The notes under the pieces: generated by a model
The model's input: only the letters and a program-made list of their open reading frames with translations
What the model was told of the DNA's origin: nothing
Databases searched by the model: none
Assembly (NCBI GenBank): GCA_051870915.1
Contig: JBJECI010000024.1
Coordinates: forward strand, 1,423 to 65,422
Direction of reading: 5' to 3'
DNA from: Paludibacteraceae bacterium
GTDB lineage: Bacteria; Bacteroidota; Bacteroidia; Bacteroidales; Paludibacteraceae
DNA length: 64,000 nt
Shown here: one piece after another, positions 1-8,630 of the stretch
Position numbering within the stretch: position 1 is the stretch's first letter
Layout: each line of letters begins with the position of its first letter
Made by a program: the position numbers and the translations under genes

Positions 1-70
1 ATCTAAAGAAACTATTTAGTCTTTAATCCTTAATCTTTCAGTGAGCGAAGCGAACGGTCCTTAATCTAAT

Positions 71-1174
71 ATGCAACATTTTCTTGATTATATTGCCATT
101 GAGCGGCACTATTCGCCGAAGACGGTCAGCGCTTATCACGATGACCTGCGGGATTTCTGCCGCTTCCTCGGCGTGGAGCCTGAGCAATATGACCCGAAGA
201 TGGTGGACGAGGAGGATGTGAAAGCATGGATGATGCACATGCTCGACGAGCAGAAACAGTCCGTCCGCAGCGTCAAACGGCGGCTATCCAGCCTGCGGTC
301 GTTCTATAAGTACTTGTTGCGTATAGGGCGCGTGGAGAAAGACATCACGCAGCGCGTCATCGCCCCTAAAGCCGACAAGCCGTTGCCCGTCTTCTTCCGC
401 GAGAGCGAGATGGAGCAAGCCACGGAGATGGACTTCGCCGCCGATGATTTCTGCGCTGCCCGCGACTGCCTCATCATCGAACTGCTCTACCAAACGGGCA
501 TGCGTCGCGCGGAGTTATGCCACCTCATGCCCGCCGACATTGACCTCACGCAGAAGCAGATACGCGTGTTCGGCAAACGCCGCAAAGAGCGCGTCATCCC
601 CATCGGCGACACCCTCGCCACCCAGATACAGACCTACCTCGGGTTTCGAGAGGAGTTAGGAGTACAGAGTATTGGAGGTGCGGTCTCCTGGCCGCACCAA
701 AAAGACTTTCAAGGAGGTGCGGTCTCCAGGCCGCACCAAGGAGACTTTCAAGGAGGTGCGGTCTCCAGGCCGCACCAAGAGAGCGAAATGGATACCATGG
801 TGCGGCTCCCGAATAATCGGGATAACACTTCCAACCGCACCTCCATGAGCACCGCAGCCCTTCCCCTCCTACTGAAGCAGACCCGCAAGGAGGAGATAAA
901 GCCCCTGACGGAGAACGATATCTACCGTATCGTGCGCTCGCGCATGGGCGAGGTCAGCTCCCTCAAGAAACACTCCCCACACGTGCTGCGACATACCTTC
1001 GCCACCACCATGCTCAACCACGGCGCAGATATCCGCACCATACAAACTCTGCTCGGACACGCCTCTCTCAGCACCACGCAGGTATATACCCACACCACCT
1101 TCGAGCAAGTGCAGAAAGCCTATCAACACGCCCACCCGAGAGCGAAAAAACAAGAAGACCCAAAGACCCTCTAA
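71..1174 (+). CDS. Tyrosine site-specific recombinase, XerC/XerD family, with an internal repeat-derived insertion
   Basis: 367-aa ORF. N-terminal core-binding motif IERHYSPKTVSAYHDDLRDFCRFL. Catalytic-domain motifs TGMRRAEL, HVLRHTFATTML and LLGHASLSTTQVYTH. Nt ~655-870 encode non-conserved filler that includes three 39-nt tandem units. Confidence 0.88.
   Translation: MQHFLDYIAIERHYSPKTVSAYHDDLRDFCRFLGVEPEQYDPKMVDEEDVKAWMMHMLDEQKQSVRSVKRRLSSLRSFYKYLLRIGRVEKDITQRVIAPKADKPLPVFFRESEMEQATEMDFAADDFCAARDCLIIELLYQTGMRRAELCHLMPADIDLTQKQIRVFGKRRKERVIPIGDTLATQIQTYLGFREELGVQSIGGAVSWPHQKDFQGGAVSRPHQGDFQGGAVSRPHQESEMDTMVRLPNNRDNTSNRTSMSTAALPLLLKQTRKEEIKPLTENDIYRIVRSRMGEVSSLKKHSPHVLRHTFATTMLNHGADIRTIQTLLGHASLSTTQVYTHTTFEQVQKAYQHAHPRAKKQEDPKTL
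674..790. repeat. Three tandem 39-nt units, each carrying an HP-A hairpin, inside the XerC/D-like CDS
   Basis: HP-A copies at 674-698, 713-737 and 752-776, period exactly 39 nt. Translated as GGAVSWPHQKDFQ / GGAVSRPHQGDFQ / GGAVSRPHQ. Confidence 0.95.
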
Positions 1175-1175
1175 A

Positions 1176-1258
1176 TCTCCCTTAAAGGGAGACTTATATA
1201 AATAACTATTGTTTAACTTTAACTAACTTCCCAAATCTCTCCCCCTTTAAGGGGGAGA
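1176..1258. repeat. Two TCTCCC(CC)TTTAAGGG(GG)AGA hairpins between the recombinase gene and hpf
   Basis: Hairpins at 1176-1192 and 1238-1258. The same motif occurs inside the MBOAT CDS at 60466-60500. Confidence 0.85.
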
Positions 1259-1276
1259 CGGAGGGGGTCCTTTATT

Positions 1277-1564
1277 ATGAAACTCAACACCCAAGCCGTC
1301 AATTTTGACATCGCTGACCGTCTGTCAGCCCACATCGAGAAGAAAACCCGTCGTTATGAGAAACTGTTACCCGAGGCTGCCGAGATGGAGATTCGCCTGA
1401 CCGTCATCAAGCGCGAGACCAACCTCAACAAAGAGGCAACCATCCGCGTGCGCGGTATCGGCAACGAACTCTTTGCGGAGAAAGTGTGCGACACCTTCGA
1501 GCAGGCGGTGGACGAGGCACTGGATGCACTCGACCGCCAGATAGAGAAGCATAATGCGAAATAA
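1277..1564 (+). CDS. hpf: Ribosome hibernation promoting factor / RaiA (short form)
   Basis: 95-aa ORF starting MKLNTQAVNFDIADRLSAHIEKKTRRYEKLL. Size and sequence are typical of the HPF/RaiA family. Confidence 0.85.
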   Translation: MKLNTQAVNFDIADRLSAHIEKKTRRYEKLLPEAAEMEIRLTVIKRETNLNKEATIRVRGIGNELFAEKVCDTFEQAVDEALDALDRQIEKHNAK

Positions 1565-1640
1565 GCCCCTGCCCTCTTTTTTCACCAAACGCCATCGGGA
1601 ACGCGGGCACCTCGCCCGCCGTTCCCTTTGGGGCAGCACA

Positions 1641-4334
1641 ATGCGTCCGGCATTGTGCATCGGCTTTTTGGCATGCTGCCTTGCGCTCTCTGCCGGCGAG
1701 GTGATACTCGTGGGCGATGTGCTGAACGAGGCAACGGGCGAGCCTATCCCCAACGTGCACCTCTACCTGCAAGGCACGCAGCAAGGGACGGTCACCAACG
1801 ATGAGGGCAGTTTCTGCCTGAAAGCCGACATCGACCGCAAGCGGCGGCTCATCATCTCCGCCGTCGGCTACCACACCCAGCGCTACGACATCGAGCCGAA
1901 CACCATGGCGGGCATGCAGGTGCTGCTGCGCGAGAAGACAAACCTCTTGGCGGAGGTGGTCGCCCTTCCGGGAGAGAACCCCGCCATCCCCCTCATTGCC
2001 CAAGTGCGCGCCCATCGCCCAGAGAACGACAGGACGTTACAGAGCCAAGACTATCGTCCGGGTGCGCAGGCGTCCCCGCCTGCTGTAAAGGAGGTGCGGT
2101 CTCCAGGCCGCACCATAGGATGCCCGGGTGTGCAGGCGTCCCCGCCTGCTGATTTCAAGATTCACCCATCGGACGCCGAGCAGACATGGCTCGCCTCTAC
2201 CGAACTGTATATCAGCCATATCGGCAAGCGGCAACTGCAACGCCATCTATGGAAGAGCCTGCGGGCGGGCTTGCTCACCACGGATGACTCCACTTTCCTC
2301 CTGCCCCTCTATCGCTCCACCCAACCCGTGCATCTCATCGGCAAGGGCATGCGCCCCGCGGGCGAGAAACAGGAGCAAGCACTCATCCTCTCCGCCTCCG
2401 ACTACTCCGTCCTGCTCACCCCGCCGCAGAACCTCAATTTCTACCTCAACACCCTTGACATCCTCGGCGAAAGTTTCCTCTCACCGCTCGCTTCCTCCGG
2501 CAACACCTACTATCACTATTACCTCGCCGACTCCGTGGCAGGCGCGTACTTGGTGCATTTCCGCACGAAGAACCCTTTCTATGCCACCTTCAACGGCGAG
2601 ATGTGGATAGACTCAGCCACCTACGCCGTGCGGTCGGTCTATGCCGAGGTGCCGACGCAGAGTCGCGTGAACTACCTGAGCCAACTGCAGATACGCCAGC
2701 AGTTCGCCCCCGACCACAGCCTCAGCCGTGAGCAGATAAGTGTCCTGCTCGACTTCGCCGTCAAGACCGACACCACCCACCTCTTCCCCACCGTACTGCT
2801 GAGGACGGAGGTAAGGGATGAAAGATTAAGGACGCAGGATGAAAGACTAAATAGTTCTGTGGATAATGGAGGTGCGGTCTCCATGCCGCCCCAAGGAGAC
2901 TTTCAAGGAGGTGCGGTCTCCATGCCGCACCAAGAAGGAACTGCGGTCTACAACAACTCCCCCGCCCCGCTTGCGGGGAGGGGGCAGGGGGCGGGGAACG
3001 ACTGCAATAATGGAGGTGCGGTCTCAGAGACGAATGTAATAAGTCCTTCATCCTTCATCCTTCATCCTTCATCCGAATTAGATTCCCTCCCCCTCATCCG
3101 CGTGGCGAAGTTCGCGGCGACGGTGCTCACCACGGGCTATATCCCTACGGGCACGTGCATAGACATCGGCAACATCCGCGAGATACTCGACTTCGGCGAG
3201 AGCGAGTTTGTGCACCTCGGGTTGCCGTTGCGCACCAACGAGCGGCTGTGGAAGAACGTGTCCTTAGAAGCCGCAGCGGGCTACGGCTTCCACGACCAAC
3301 GCTGGAAAGGGCTCGGGAAGATAAGTATCAACCTGCCCACGCAGCGGCGCAACATCCTGCGCTTGGAATACCAAGACCATTATATCGCCACCGAGGTGGA
3401 CGGTATGTATCCCTACTACCACGAGAACTTCTTCGGCAAGCGGCAGTTTGACTTCACCTCGTTCCTCTTCCGCAACCTCTACACCAACCGGCAAGCCGTG
3501 AACACCTATTCGCGGCAACGTGAGTTCCGCATAGAGACAGAGAACGACTGGAGCGACCTGCTGGAGACCCGCCTATACGCCCATGTCGGCAGGTGGGACC
3601 CGTGGTACACGGCGCAAGCCGCCAACAACCTCGCGCCCGGCATCCTCGCCACCGCCCCCTATCGCTATCAGTCCATTGGCACCGTCTTCCGCCTGAGTTG
3701 GGGCGAGCGCAAGGTGGACGGCTATTTCCTGCGCCGCTATGTCCACAGCCAATACCCCACCCTCTTCCTCTCCGCCGAGGCAGGAAGCGTACAGGATGTA
3801 GGATTAAGGACACAGGATAAAGGACTTATTAGTGTCGACTCTGGGGAAGCGGGCACCTATTCCCTGTATGCCAAACTGCAAGTGCTCGTCAAGCAGCGGG
3901 CGCGGTTGGGCATGGGCGGCACCCTCGATTGGGCGTTCTCCGCGGGCTATATCTTCGGCGAGGTGCCCTACCCCATGCGCCACCATTTCGAGGGCAACCA
4001 GTCGTATGCCTTCGACCCCTACCGCTTCACGCTGATGAACAACCTGCAATACAGCGCCCGCGGCTGGCTCTCGCTCCACGCGCTCTGGGACGGGCAGGGC
4101 GTGCTCTTCAACCTTATCCCGGGCATACGCTACTGTCGCCTGCACGAACTCGTGGACTTCAAACTCGCGTGGGGCGACGGCGAGTTGCTCCATAGTCCCT
4201 ACACCGAGGTGGGTGTCGGCATTGGCAATATCTTCCGCGTGGGCGAGGTGTATGCCGTCTGGCGGCTCACCCACCGCCAAGACCTCACCGCCCCCACATG
4301 GGGCATCCGCTTCCGATTCAAATTGGGGTTGTGA
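1641..4334 (+). CDS. DUF5686-like protein with N-terminal carboxypeptidase-regulatory-like domain, heavily interrupted by repeats
   Basis: The ORF opens at 1554. The in-frame ATG at 1641 gives a signal-like MRPALCIGFLACCLALSAG. CarbopepD_reg-like segment VILVGDVLNEATGEPIPNVHLYLQGTQQGTVTNDEGSFCL..ISAVGYH, followed by a long beta-rich C-terminal region. Repeat insertions lie at 2058-2151, 2811-3074 and 3792-3843. Confidence 0.7.
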   Translation: MRPALCIGFLACCLALSAGEVILVGDVLNEATGEPIPNVHLYLQGTQQGTVTNDEGSFCLKADIDRKRRLIISAVGYHTQRYDIEPNTMAGMQVLLREKTNLLAEVVALPGENPAIPLIAQVRAHRPENDRTLQSQDYRPGAQASPPAVKEVRSPGRTIGCPGVQASPPADFKIHPSDAEQTWLASTELYISHIGKRQLQRHLWKSLRAGLLTTDDSTFLLPLYRSTQPVHLIGKGMRPAGEKQEQALILSASDYSVLLTPPQNLNFYLNTLDILGESFLSPLASSGNTYYHYYLADSVAGAYLVHFRTKNPFYATFNGEMWIDSATYAVRSVYAEVPTQSRVNYLSQLQIRQQFAPDHSLSREQISVLLDFAVKTDTTHLFPTVLLRTEVRDERLRTQDERLNSSVDNGGAVSMPPQGDFQGGAVSMPHQEGTAVYNNSPAPLAGRGQGAGNDCNNGGAVSETNVISPSSFILHPSSELDSLPLIRVAKFAATVLTTGYIPTGTCIDIGNIREILDFGESEFVHLGLPLRTNERLWKNVSLEAAAGYGFHDQRWKGLGKISINLPTQRRNILRLEYQDHYIATEVDGMYPYYHENFFGKRQFDFTSFLFRNLYTNRQAVNTYSRQREFRIETENDWSDLLETRLYAHVGRWDPWYTAQAANNLAPGILATAPYRYQSIGTVFRLSWGERKVDGYFLRRYVHSQYPTLFLSAEAGSVQDVGLRTQDKGLISVDSGEAGTYSLYAKLQVLVKQRARLGMGGTLDWAFSAGYIFGEVPYPMRHHFEGNQSYAFDPYRFTLMNNLQYSARGWLSLHALWDGQGVLFNLIPGIRYCRLHELVDFKLAWGDGELLHSPYTEVGVGIGNIFRVGEVYAVWRLTHRQDLTAPTWGIRFRFKLGL
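2058..2151. repeat. HP-C / HP-A / HP-C composite inside the DUF5686-like CDS
   Basis: CCGGGTG(C/T)GCAGGCGTCCCCGCCTGCTG at 2058-2085 and 2123-2151, flanking HP-A at 2090-2114. Translated as PGAQASPPAVKEVRSPGRTIGCPGVQASPPA. Confidence 0.9.
2811..3074. repeat. 264-nt composite insertion: MB left arm, 2 HP-A units (39-nt period), GD-like G/C hairpin, half HP-A, MB right arm
   Basis: MB arm at 2811-2860. HP-A at 2868-2892 and 2907-2931. CTCCCCCGCCCCGCTTGCGGGGAGGGGGCAGGGGGCGGGG at ~2957-2996. Half HP-A at 3012-3025. GTAATAAGTCCTTCATCCTTCATCC... runs to 3074. The reading frame stays open. Confidence 0.9.
3792..3843. repeat. MB left arm plus core start inside the DUF5686-like CDS
   Basis: CAGGATGTAGGATTAAGGACACAGGATAAAGGACTTATTAGTGTCGACTCTG, translated as QDVGLRTQDKGLISVDS. 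Confidence 0.85.
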
Positions 4335-4354
4335 TTATTTCTATATCTGATGAG

Positions 4355-4466
4355 TTATGTCGCCCCTTCCCGACAAGTCGGGATAAATCTCGGCTTGTAT
4401 GTAGGGGTTCGACGCATTCGTGGGGGCGAGCCCCTACGCTGGTTTCTGTCGCCCCTTCGGGGCTTA
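4355..4466. repeat. Small hairpin modules (GTCGCCCCTTCGGGGC type and CCCGACAAGTCGGG type)
   Basis: TATGTCGCCCCTTC..CCCGACAAGTCGGG at 4356-4383 and GTCGCCCCTTCGGGGC at 4448-4463. Related copies at 33307-33392, 19269-19283 and 32208-32222. Confidence 0.8.
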
Positions 4467-4523
4467 AAGGGAAGGCACAATCGGGAAGAAAAGGCATATT
4501 CTCTGCATTTTTTACCCCAAATG

Positions 4524-4555
4524 CTTGCATATTTCGTTAAAAAGCAGTACCTTTG
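4524..4555 (+). promoter_or_regulatory. Bacteroidota sigma-A-type promoter for the candidate sRNA
   Basis: cTTG at 4524-4527 and TACCTTTG at 4548-4555, spacing 20 nt. Shared extended context TTGCATAT..AAAAAGCAGTACCTTTGCA. Confidence 0.7.
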
Positions 4556-4561
4556 CACCCG

Positions 4562-4778
4562 CAGTTGATTAGTGGGAGTACATATTTTTATTAAAAGCGT
4601 TATAAGCCTCACTTGATTCTTTGAAAACTGGACACTTTCAAGAATTTTATGTATTCAAGCACAGGTTTATGCACGCTCACGTGTTAGCGTGGGTTTTCTG
4701 TGCGTAAGTTTGAATACATAAGGTAGTCCAGAACCTCAAAGAATCAAATGAAGCGAAACGAAAGTTCACGCTTTTTTT
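4562..4778 (+). ncRNA. Candidate ~215-nt structured sRNA (long imperfect hairpin; 6S-like architecture is only a hypothesis)
   Basis: Strong promoter at 4524-4555. Hairpin 4613-4747 with perfect helices TTGATTCTTTGA/TCAAAGAATCAA (4613-4624 with 4736-4747), CTGGAC/GTCCAG and TTATGTATTCAA/TTGAATACATAA (4647-4658 with 4709-4720), apex CACGCT..AGCGTG. A small hairpin plus T7 tract lies at 4751-4778. Confidence 0.45.
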
Positions 4779-4875
4779 GTGTCTCTATGCTACCCCTACG
4801 CCCCCTTCGGCGGACTAAAATAGCAAAAACCAAAACAATACAATATATACACAAACTATTAACAATTAACGTTTT

Positions 4876-7800
4876 ATGAAAAAGTTATCTAGTTTTCTAT
4901 GCATGGTGCTATGTAGCATAGCCCTGCATGCGAATGTCGTAAGCGGCACCTGCGGCGACAACCTCACGTGGTCTTACGACACCGAGACCCAAGCCCTCAC
5001 CATTGAAGGCACAGGAGACATGACAAACTATGTCAGTGAAGATTATTGGGAACCCGGTGGTGAACAAACGTTCACTGTGGCTCCGTGGTATTCTGTACGC
5101 AGTAACATCACTTCCCTCACCCTCCCCGATGGACTGACATCGATTGGCACTTACGCTTTCTATAAATGTACGAACCTCACTTCGGTAACAATTCCCAACA
5201 CGGTAACCTGCATTTGGGATTATGCCTTTAGCAATTGCCCCTTGAATACCATCTCCATCCCGAATAGTGTAACCACGATTGGTTCTGGTGCTTTTTATGA
5301 TAATATAGCGGTAAATTCCGTCACAATCGGTAATGGTATAAGTGAAATAGGATATGCAGCCTTTGGTGCTGAGTCTAGTTGGTGGTTACAAGAATTTAAC
5401 CAATTAACCAAAACAATCTACACGGGAGACCTCGCAGGGTGGTGCGCCATTCGTTTTGCAGGAGATTACGCAAACCCTGCTGCACGTTCTAAAAATCTGT
5501 ATATTAACGATGAATTGGTTACGGATGTGGCTATCCCATCTAATGTAACCAAGATTGGAGACTATGCCTTTTGCAATAACATGTCACTCCATACGATAAC
5601 CATTCCCAATGGCGTAGATAGTATCGGAGCAGCGGCATTCTATGGCTGTGAATGGATAACGAAGTTAGCCCTTCCTGAAAGCCTCAAATCCATTGGAAAT
5701 TCGGCTTTTTATGGTTGCTATATAGACTCTGTAACGATCCCTTCGCAAATTAAGACCATCGAAAGTTATGCATTTTCCTATTGCCCTGTGCTTCGGTATG
5801 TAAATATCCCCGAAGGCGTAACAACGATTAACAGTGATGCTTTTTGGAATAGCAATAACCTGACCTCTATCACCATCCCTTCCACCGTTACCGAAATCGG
5901 AAACAATGCTTTCAACCGTTGCCTGCAAGTGTATCTCAAAGGTACTGTTCCGCCCACGATAACGGACGAAACCTTTAACTCCGAAGCCTCAATCGCTGTC
6001 CCCTGCTCCGCGATGAGTGCCTACAATGCAGCAGATGTATGGCAGTATATGAACCTCTACGGACTATCCTACCCGCTGGATTTGTCGGCAACAGAAGGCG
6101 GATACGCAAGAATCCTATTTTCCGATTGCGACAACAGCACCATAACCATCAATGCCATAGCCAACAATAATTACGAATACAAGTTCTCCCAATGGAGCGA
6201 TGGCAATACCGACAATCCACGCACACTTACCCTTACCGAAGACACTACACTCACTGCGGAATTTACCGCGGTGCCTTACCACAAAGTAGAACTGAAAGGG
6301 TATTCGCTCGATGGGAGTTATCAGCATGTGAATGACGAAGGAACGGATATTGATGAAGAATGGTTCCGCGGTAACAAGACCATCTCTGTATTGGATGGTT
6401 TACAAGTTACCATAAGCGAAAGCGGCAGTTGCGGCAATTGGCTCGGGTGGAGCGATGGTAATATGGAGAAATCGAACCGCGTTATTACCATTACTTCCGA
6501 CACCGTTATCGAATCACTGTTTGATGCCGAATCGTACAATGTAAGCATTACTGCAGGTTGGGGCGGCTACTTAGATGATGGCAATTTTGAAGGAAAAATA
6601 TACGAATGCGATAATTACATTCGCCGAGAAGCCTATCCTAACGATGGTTACTATTTTGTAGGGTGGAGCAATGGAGAAACAGACACCTATCTGCGCTTGA
6701 ATGTTTATTCCGATACCACCGTAGTAGCACGCTTCGCCGAGATTGTTCCGGCAACGGTGGTAGCCGCTCCGACAGCTGCATGTGCTTCTATGGGTACGGT
6801 GACCGGCGGTGGTGCATATAATACCGGCGACTATGTAACGATTACCGCTGTTCCCAACGAGGGCTACCATTTCGTAGAGTGGTCAGACGGTAATGGAATA
6901 CCCGAACGTACTTTCCGACTTATCTCCGACACCACCTTATACGCTACTTTCGCAGCAGGGGACTTCGGTGGCAAGTGCGGTAAGAACCTCTTTTGGAATT
7001 GGTACAATGGTAGGCTCGTTATCACGGGTACCGGAGCCATGGACTTGAAAAACTATCCTGCATGGAAGTTGTATAGCGATATGCAAATCACGTCCTTATC
7101 TCTGCCCGAGGGTATCACAACGATTAGTGCCGAGGCATTCTATCGCCAGCCGCTCACCACGGTAATCCTCCCTGCCAGCGTAGAATGGGTAGGCAGTGAT
7201 GCTTTTGCTAACAACGATAAACTATTGCATTTCGAATACCAAGGAAACAACATTAAGGCTGAGGGTAGCTCCTTGTACGGCTGTAGGAATCTGCAATACT
7301 TCCGCGGCAATATAGACTTGGGCGGTTACCATTATGTAGATACACTTATCATCTCCAATGGTAGGGCAGGCGAAGGATTAGAAGGGATTCGATATATTGA
7401 TTTGACCAATGCAGATAATACCAGTACGGAAGGGTTCTTTTTTACTGCTTATCATGAGGGAGAGGGAATCCCTGCTACTCGTACCCTTTACTTACCTACT
7501 GTGCTGACAGAGATAATGGATTTGGCATTCGTAGATCTGCGTTATCTCAAGGAAATCACAATCCCTGCCGGAGTAACGTATATCGGTGCGGGGGCTTTTG
7601 AAGACTGCCGCTCCATAGAGAGTGTAGTCTTTGCGGGCAACAATGTGAAGACCATTGGTGATTGGGCGTTCTACAACTGCCACAACTTGCGCAACATCAC
7701 ACTGCCCGAAGGAGTGGAAGAATTAGGTACCGCCGCTTTCTATGAATGTACGCACCTCAACGAGTTGACCATCCCCTCTACCATGAAGAAGATTGCTGAC

Positions 7801-8115
7801 AACGGCTTCGCAGGTTGCGAGAGGATGCAAACGATGTATGTCAACGCCCTCGTGCCGCCGACCATCGAGGCAAAGACCTTCGAGGACGTGGACCGTGCAA
7901 CGCCTGTCTTCGTACCGCGCGGCACGATGGAACGCTATCAGGCAGACCAATACTGGAGCGAGTTCTTCAACATGGCAGAGTACGACGCGCCGACGGGTAA
8001 CCTCAACGCCTCCACCAACGAGGCAAACGGCTTGCGCAAGGTAGTCCGCGACGGGCAAGTGCTGATTATTCGCGGAGATGAGGTGTACACTGTCTTAGGC
8101 GAGAAGATTCAATAA
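4876..8115 (+). CDS. Surface leucine-rich-repeat protein (BspA-like) with Listeria-Bacteroides repeat domains and a T9SS C-terminal sorting domain
   Basis: 1079-aa ORF with signal peptide MKKLSSFLCMVLCSIALHA. Two blocks of ~24-26-aa LRRs (IPNSVTTIGSGAFY, IPNGVDSIGAAAFYGC, IPAGVTYIGAGAFEDC). Four central units of the form YxFxxWSDGN....T.T..F. The C-terminal tail VVRDGQVLIIRGDEVYTVLGEKIQ resembles Por/T9SS CTDs. Confidence 0.85.
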   Translation: MKKLSSFLCMVLCSIALHANVVSGTCGDNLTWSYDTETQALTIEGTGDMTNYVSEDYWEPGGEQTFTVAPWYSVRSNITSLTLPDGLTSIGTYAFYKCTNLTSVTIPNTVTCIWDYAFSNCPLNTISIPNSVTTIGSGAFYDNIAVNSVTIGNGISEIGYAAFGAESSWWLQEFNQLTKTIYTGDLAGWCAIRFAGDYANPAARSKNLYINDELVTDVAIPSNVTKIGDYAFCNNMSLHTITIPNGVDSIGAAAFYGCEWITKLALPESLKSIGNSAFYGCYIDSVTIPSQIKTIESYAFSYCPVLRYVNIPEGVTTINSDAFWNSNNLTSITIPSTVTEIGNNAFNRCLQVYLKGTVPPTITDETFNSEASIAVPCSAMSAYNAADVWQYMNLYGLSYPLDLSATEGGYARILFSDCDNSTITINAIANNNYEYKFSQWSDGNTDNPRTLTLTEDTTLTAEFTAVPYHKVELKGYSLDGSYQHVNDEGTDIDEEWFRGNKTISVLDGLQVTISESGSCGNWLGWSDGNMEKSNRVITITSDTVIESLFDAESYNVSITAGWGGYLDDGNFEGKIYECDNYIRREAYPNDGYYFVGWSNGETDTYLRLNVYSDTTVVARFAEIVPATVVAAPTAACASMGTVTGGGAYNTGDYVTITAVPNEGYHFVEWSDGNGIPERTFRLISDTTLYATFAAGDFGGKCGKNLFWNWYNGRLVITGTGAMDLKNYPAWKLYSDMQITSLSLPEGITTISAEAFYRQPLTTVILPASVEWVGSDAFANNDKLLHFEYQGNNIKAEGSSLYGCRNLQYFRGNIDLGGYHYVDTLIISNGRAGEGLEGIRYIDLTNADNTSTEGFFFTAYHEGEGIPATRTLYLPTVLTEIMDLAFVDLRYLKEITIPAGVTYIGAGAFEDCRSIESVVFAGNNVKTIGDWAFYNCHNLRNITLPEGVEELGTAAFYECTHLNELTIPSTMKKIADNGFAGCERMQTMYVNALVPPTIEAKTFEDVDRATPVFVPRGTMERYQADQYWSEFFNMAEYDAPTGNLNASTNEANGLRKVVRDGQVLIIRGDEVYTVLGEKIQ

Positions 8116-8148
8116 GATTCAATAAGCGGACCATTCTGCAAGCGACAA

Positions 8149-8192
8149 CGAGGCTGTCTAACCGGTTGAGTTTGGCAGCCTCGTTTGTTTTT
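8149..8192 (+). terminator. Intrinsic terminator after the LRR gene
   Basis: Stem CGAGGCTGTC..GGCAGCCTCG followed by TTTGTTTTT. Confidence 0.7.
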
Positions 8193-8355
8193 GGAAAAAG
8201 ACCCTCTAAGTCTCTCAAAATCAAAGATTTTTCGGGAACCTCGGAAAGGGAGACTTTTTAGAAGCAGACAGGGATGCCTGCGCACCCTGACAATGACCGA
8301 TTTTTCGGACGACTAAAAATCTTATATCGAACTCATGTTATTTAGTATGCTTTGC

Positions 8356-8545
8356 AACTCCCCCGCCTCCCTCTTAGGGGGGGGGGGGGGGAGGGGAGGA
8401 GGACTCGGCATTCAGCCGCACTATAACATTCAAAAACTGAGACTATTAAGTCTTTTATCCTTTATCCCCCTTTGCGGCTGTAGTGCCGAACGTACCATCC
8501 CGCCCCCTGACCCCCTCCCCTCCTTTCAGGAGAGGCGGGGGAGTT
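8356..8545. repeat. Inverted pair of GD elements; the left copy carries a G15 homopolymer
   Basis: Left copy at 8356-8421 with a G run at 8377-8391. Right copy, reverse-complemented, at 8471-8545. Other GD copies at 35806-35880, 35923-35994, 43551-43625 and 62231-62303. Confidence 0.9.
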
Positions 8546-8630
8546 AGAGCTACATTCGTCTGTTTTGGATGAAAGATAACAAGGATGAAAGACTTATTAC
8601 ATTCGTTCACTTATATCGAACTCACGTTAT

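Noticed and set aside
71-1174. Tyrosine recombinase as a marker of an integrated mobile element.
   Set aside because: The sequence is XerC/D-like and sits in a housekeeping context next to hpf. No att-like repeats and no phage, conjugation or cargo genes are nearby.
674-2931. Regularly spaced HP-A copies (39-nt period) as a possible CRISPR array.
   Set aside because: There are only 2-3 units. The 14-nt 'spacers' are identical rather than unique, the arrays lie in-frame inside ORFs, and no cas genes are present in the window.
4298-4612. Small overlapping ORFs in repeat DNA (4298-4612, 8335-8547, 15262-15586, 18693-18933, 19191-19444, 58365-58550, 62001-62411).
   Set aside because: They are translations of GD, MB or word repeats (for example KFQVSSLRFQVSS) or overlap promoter and leader regions on both strands. 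They have no coding signal beyond being open.
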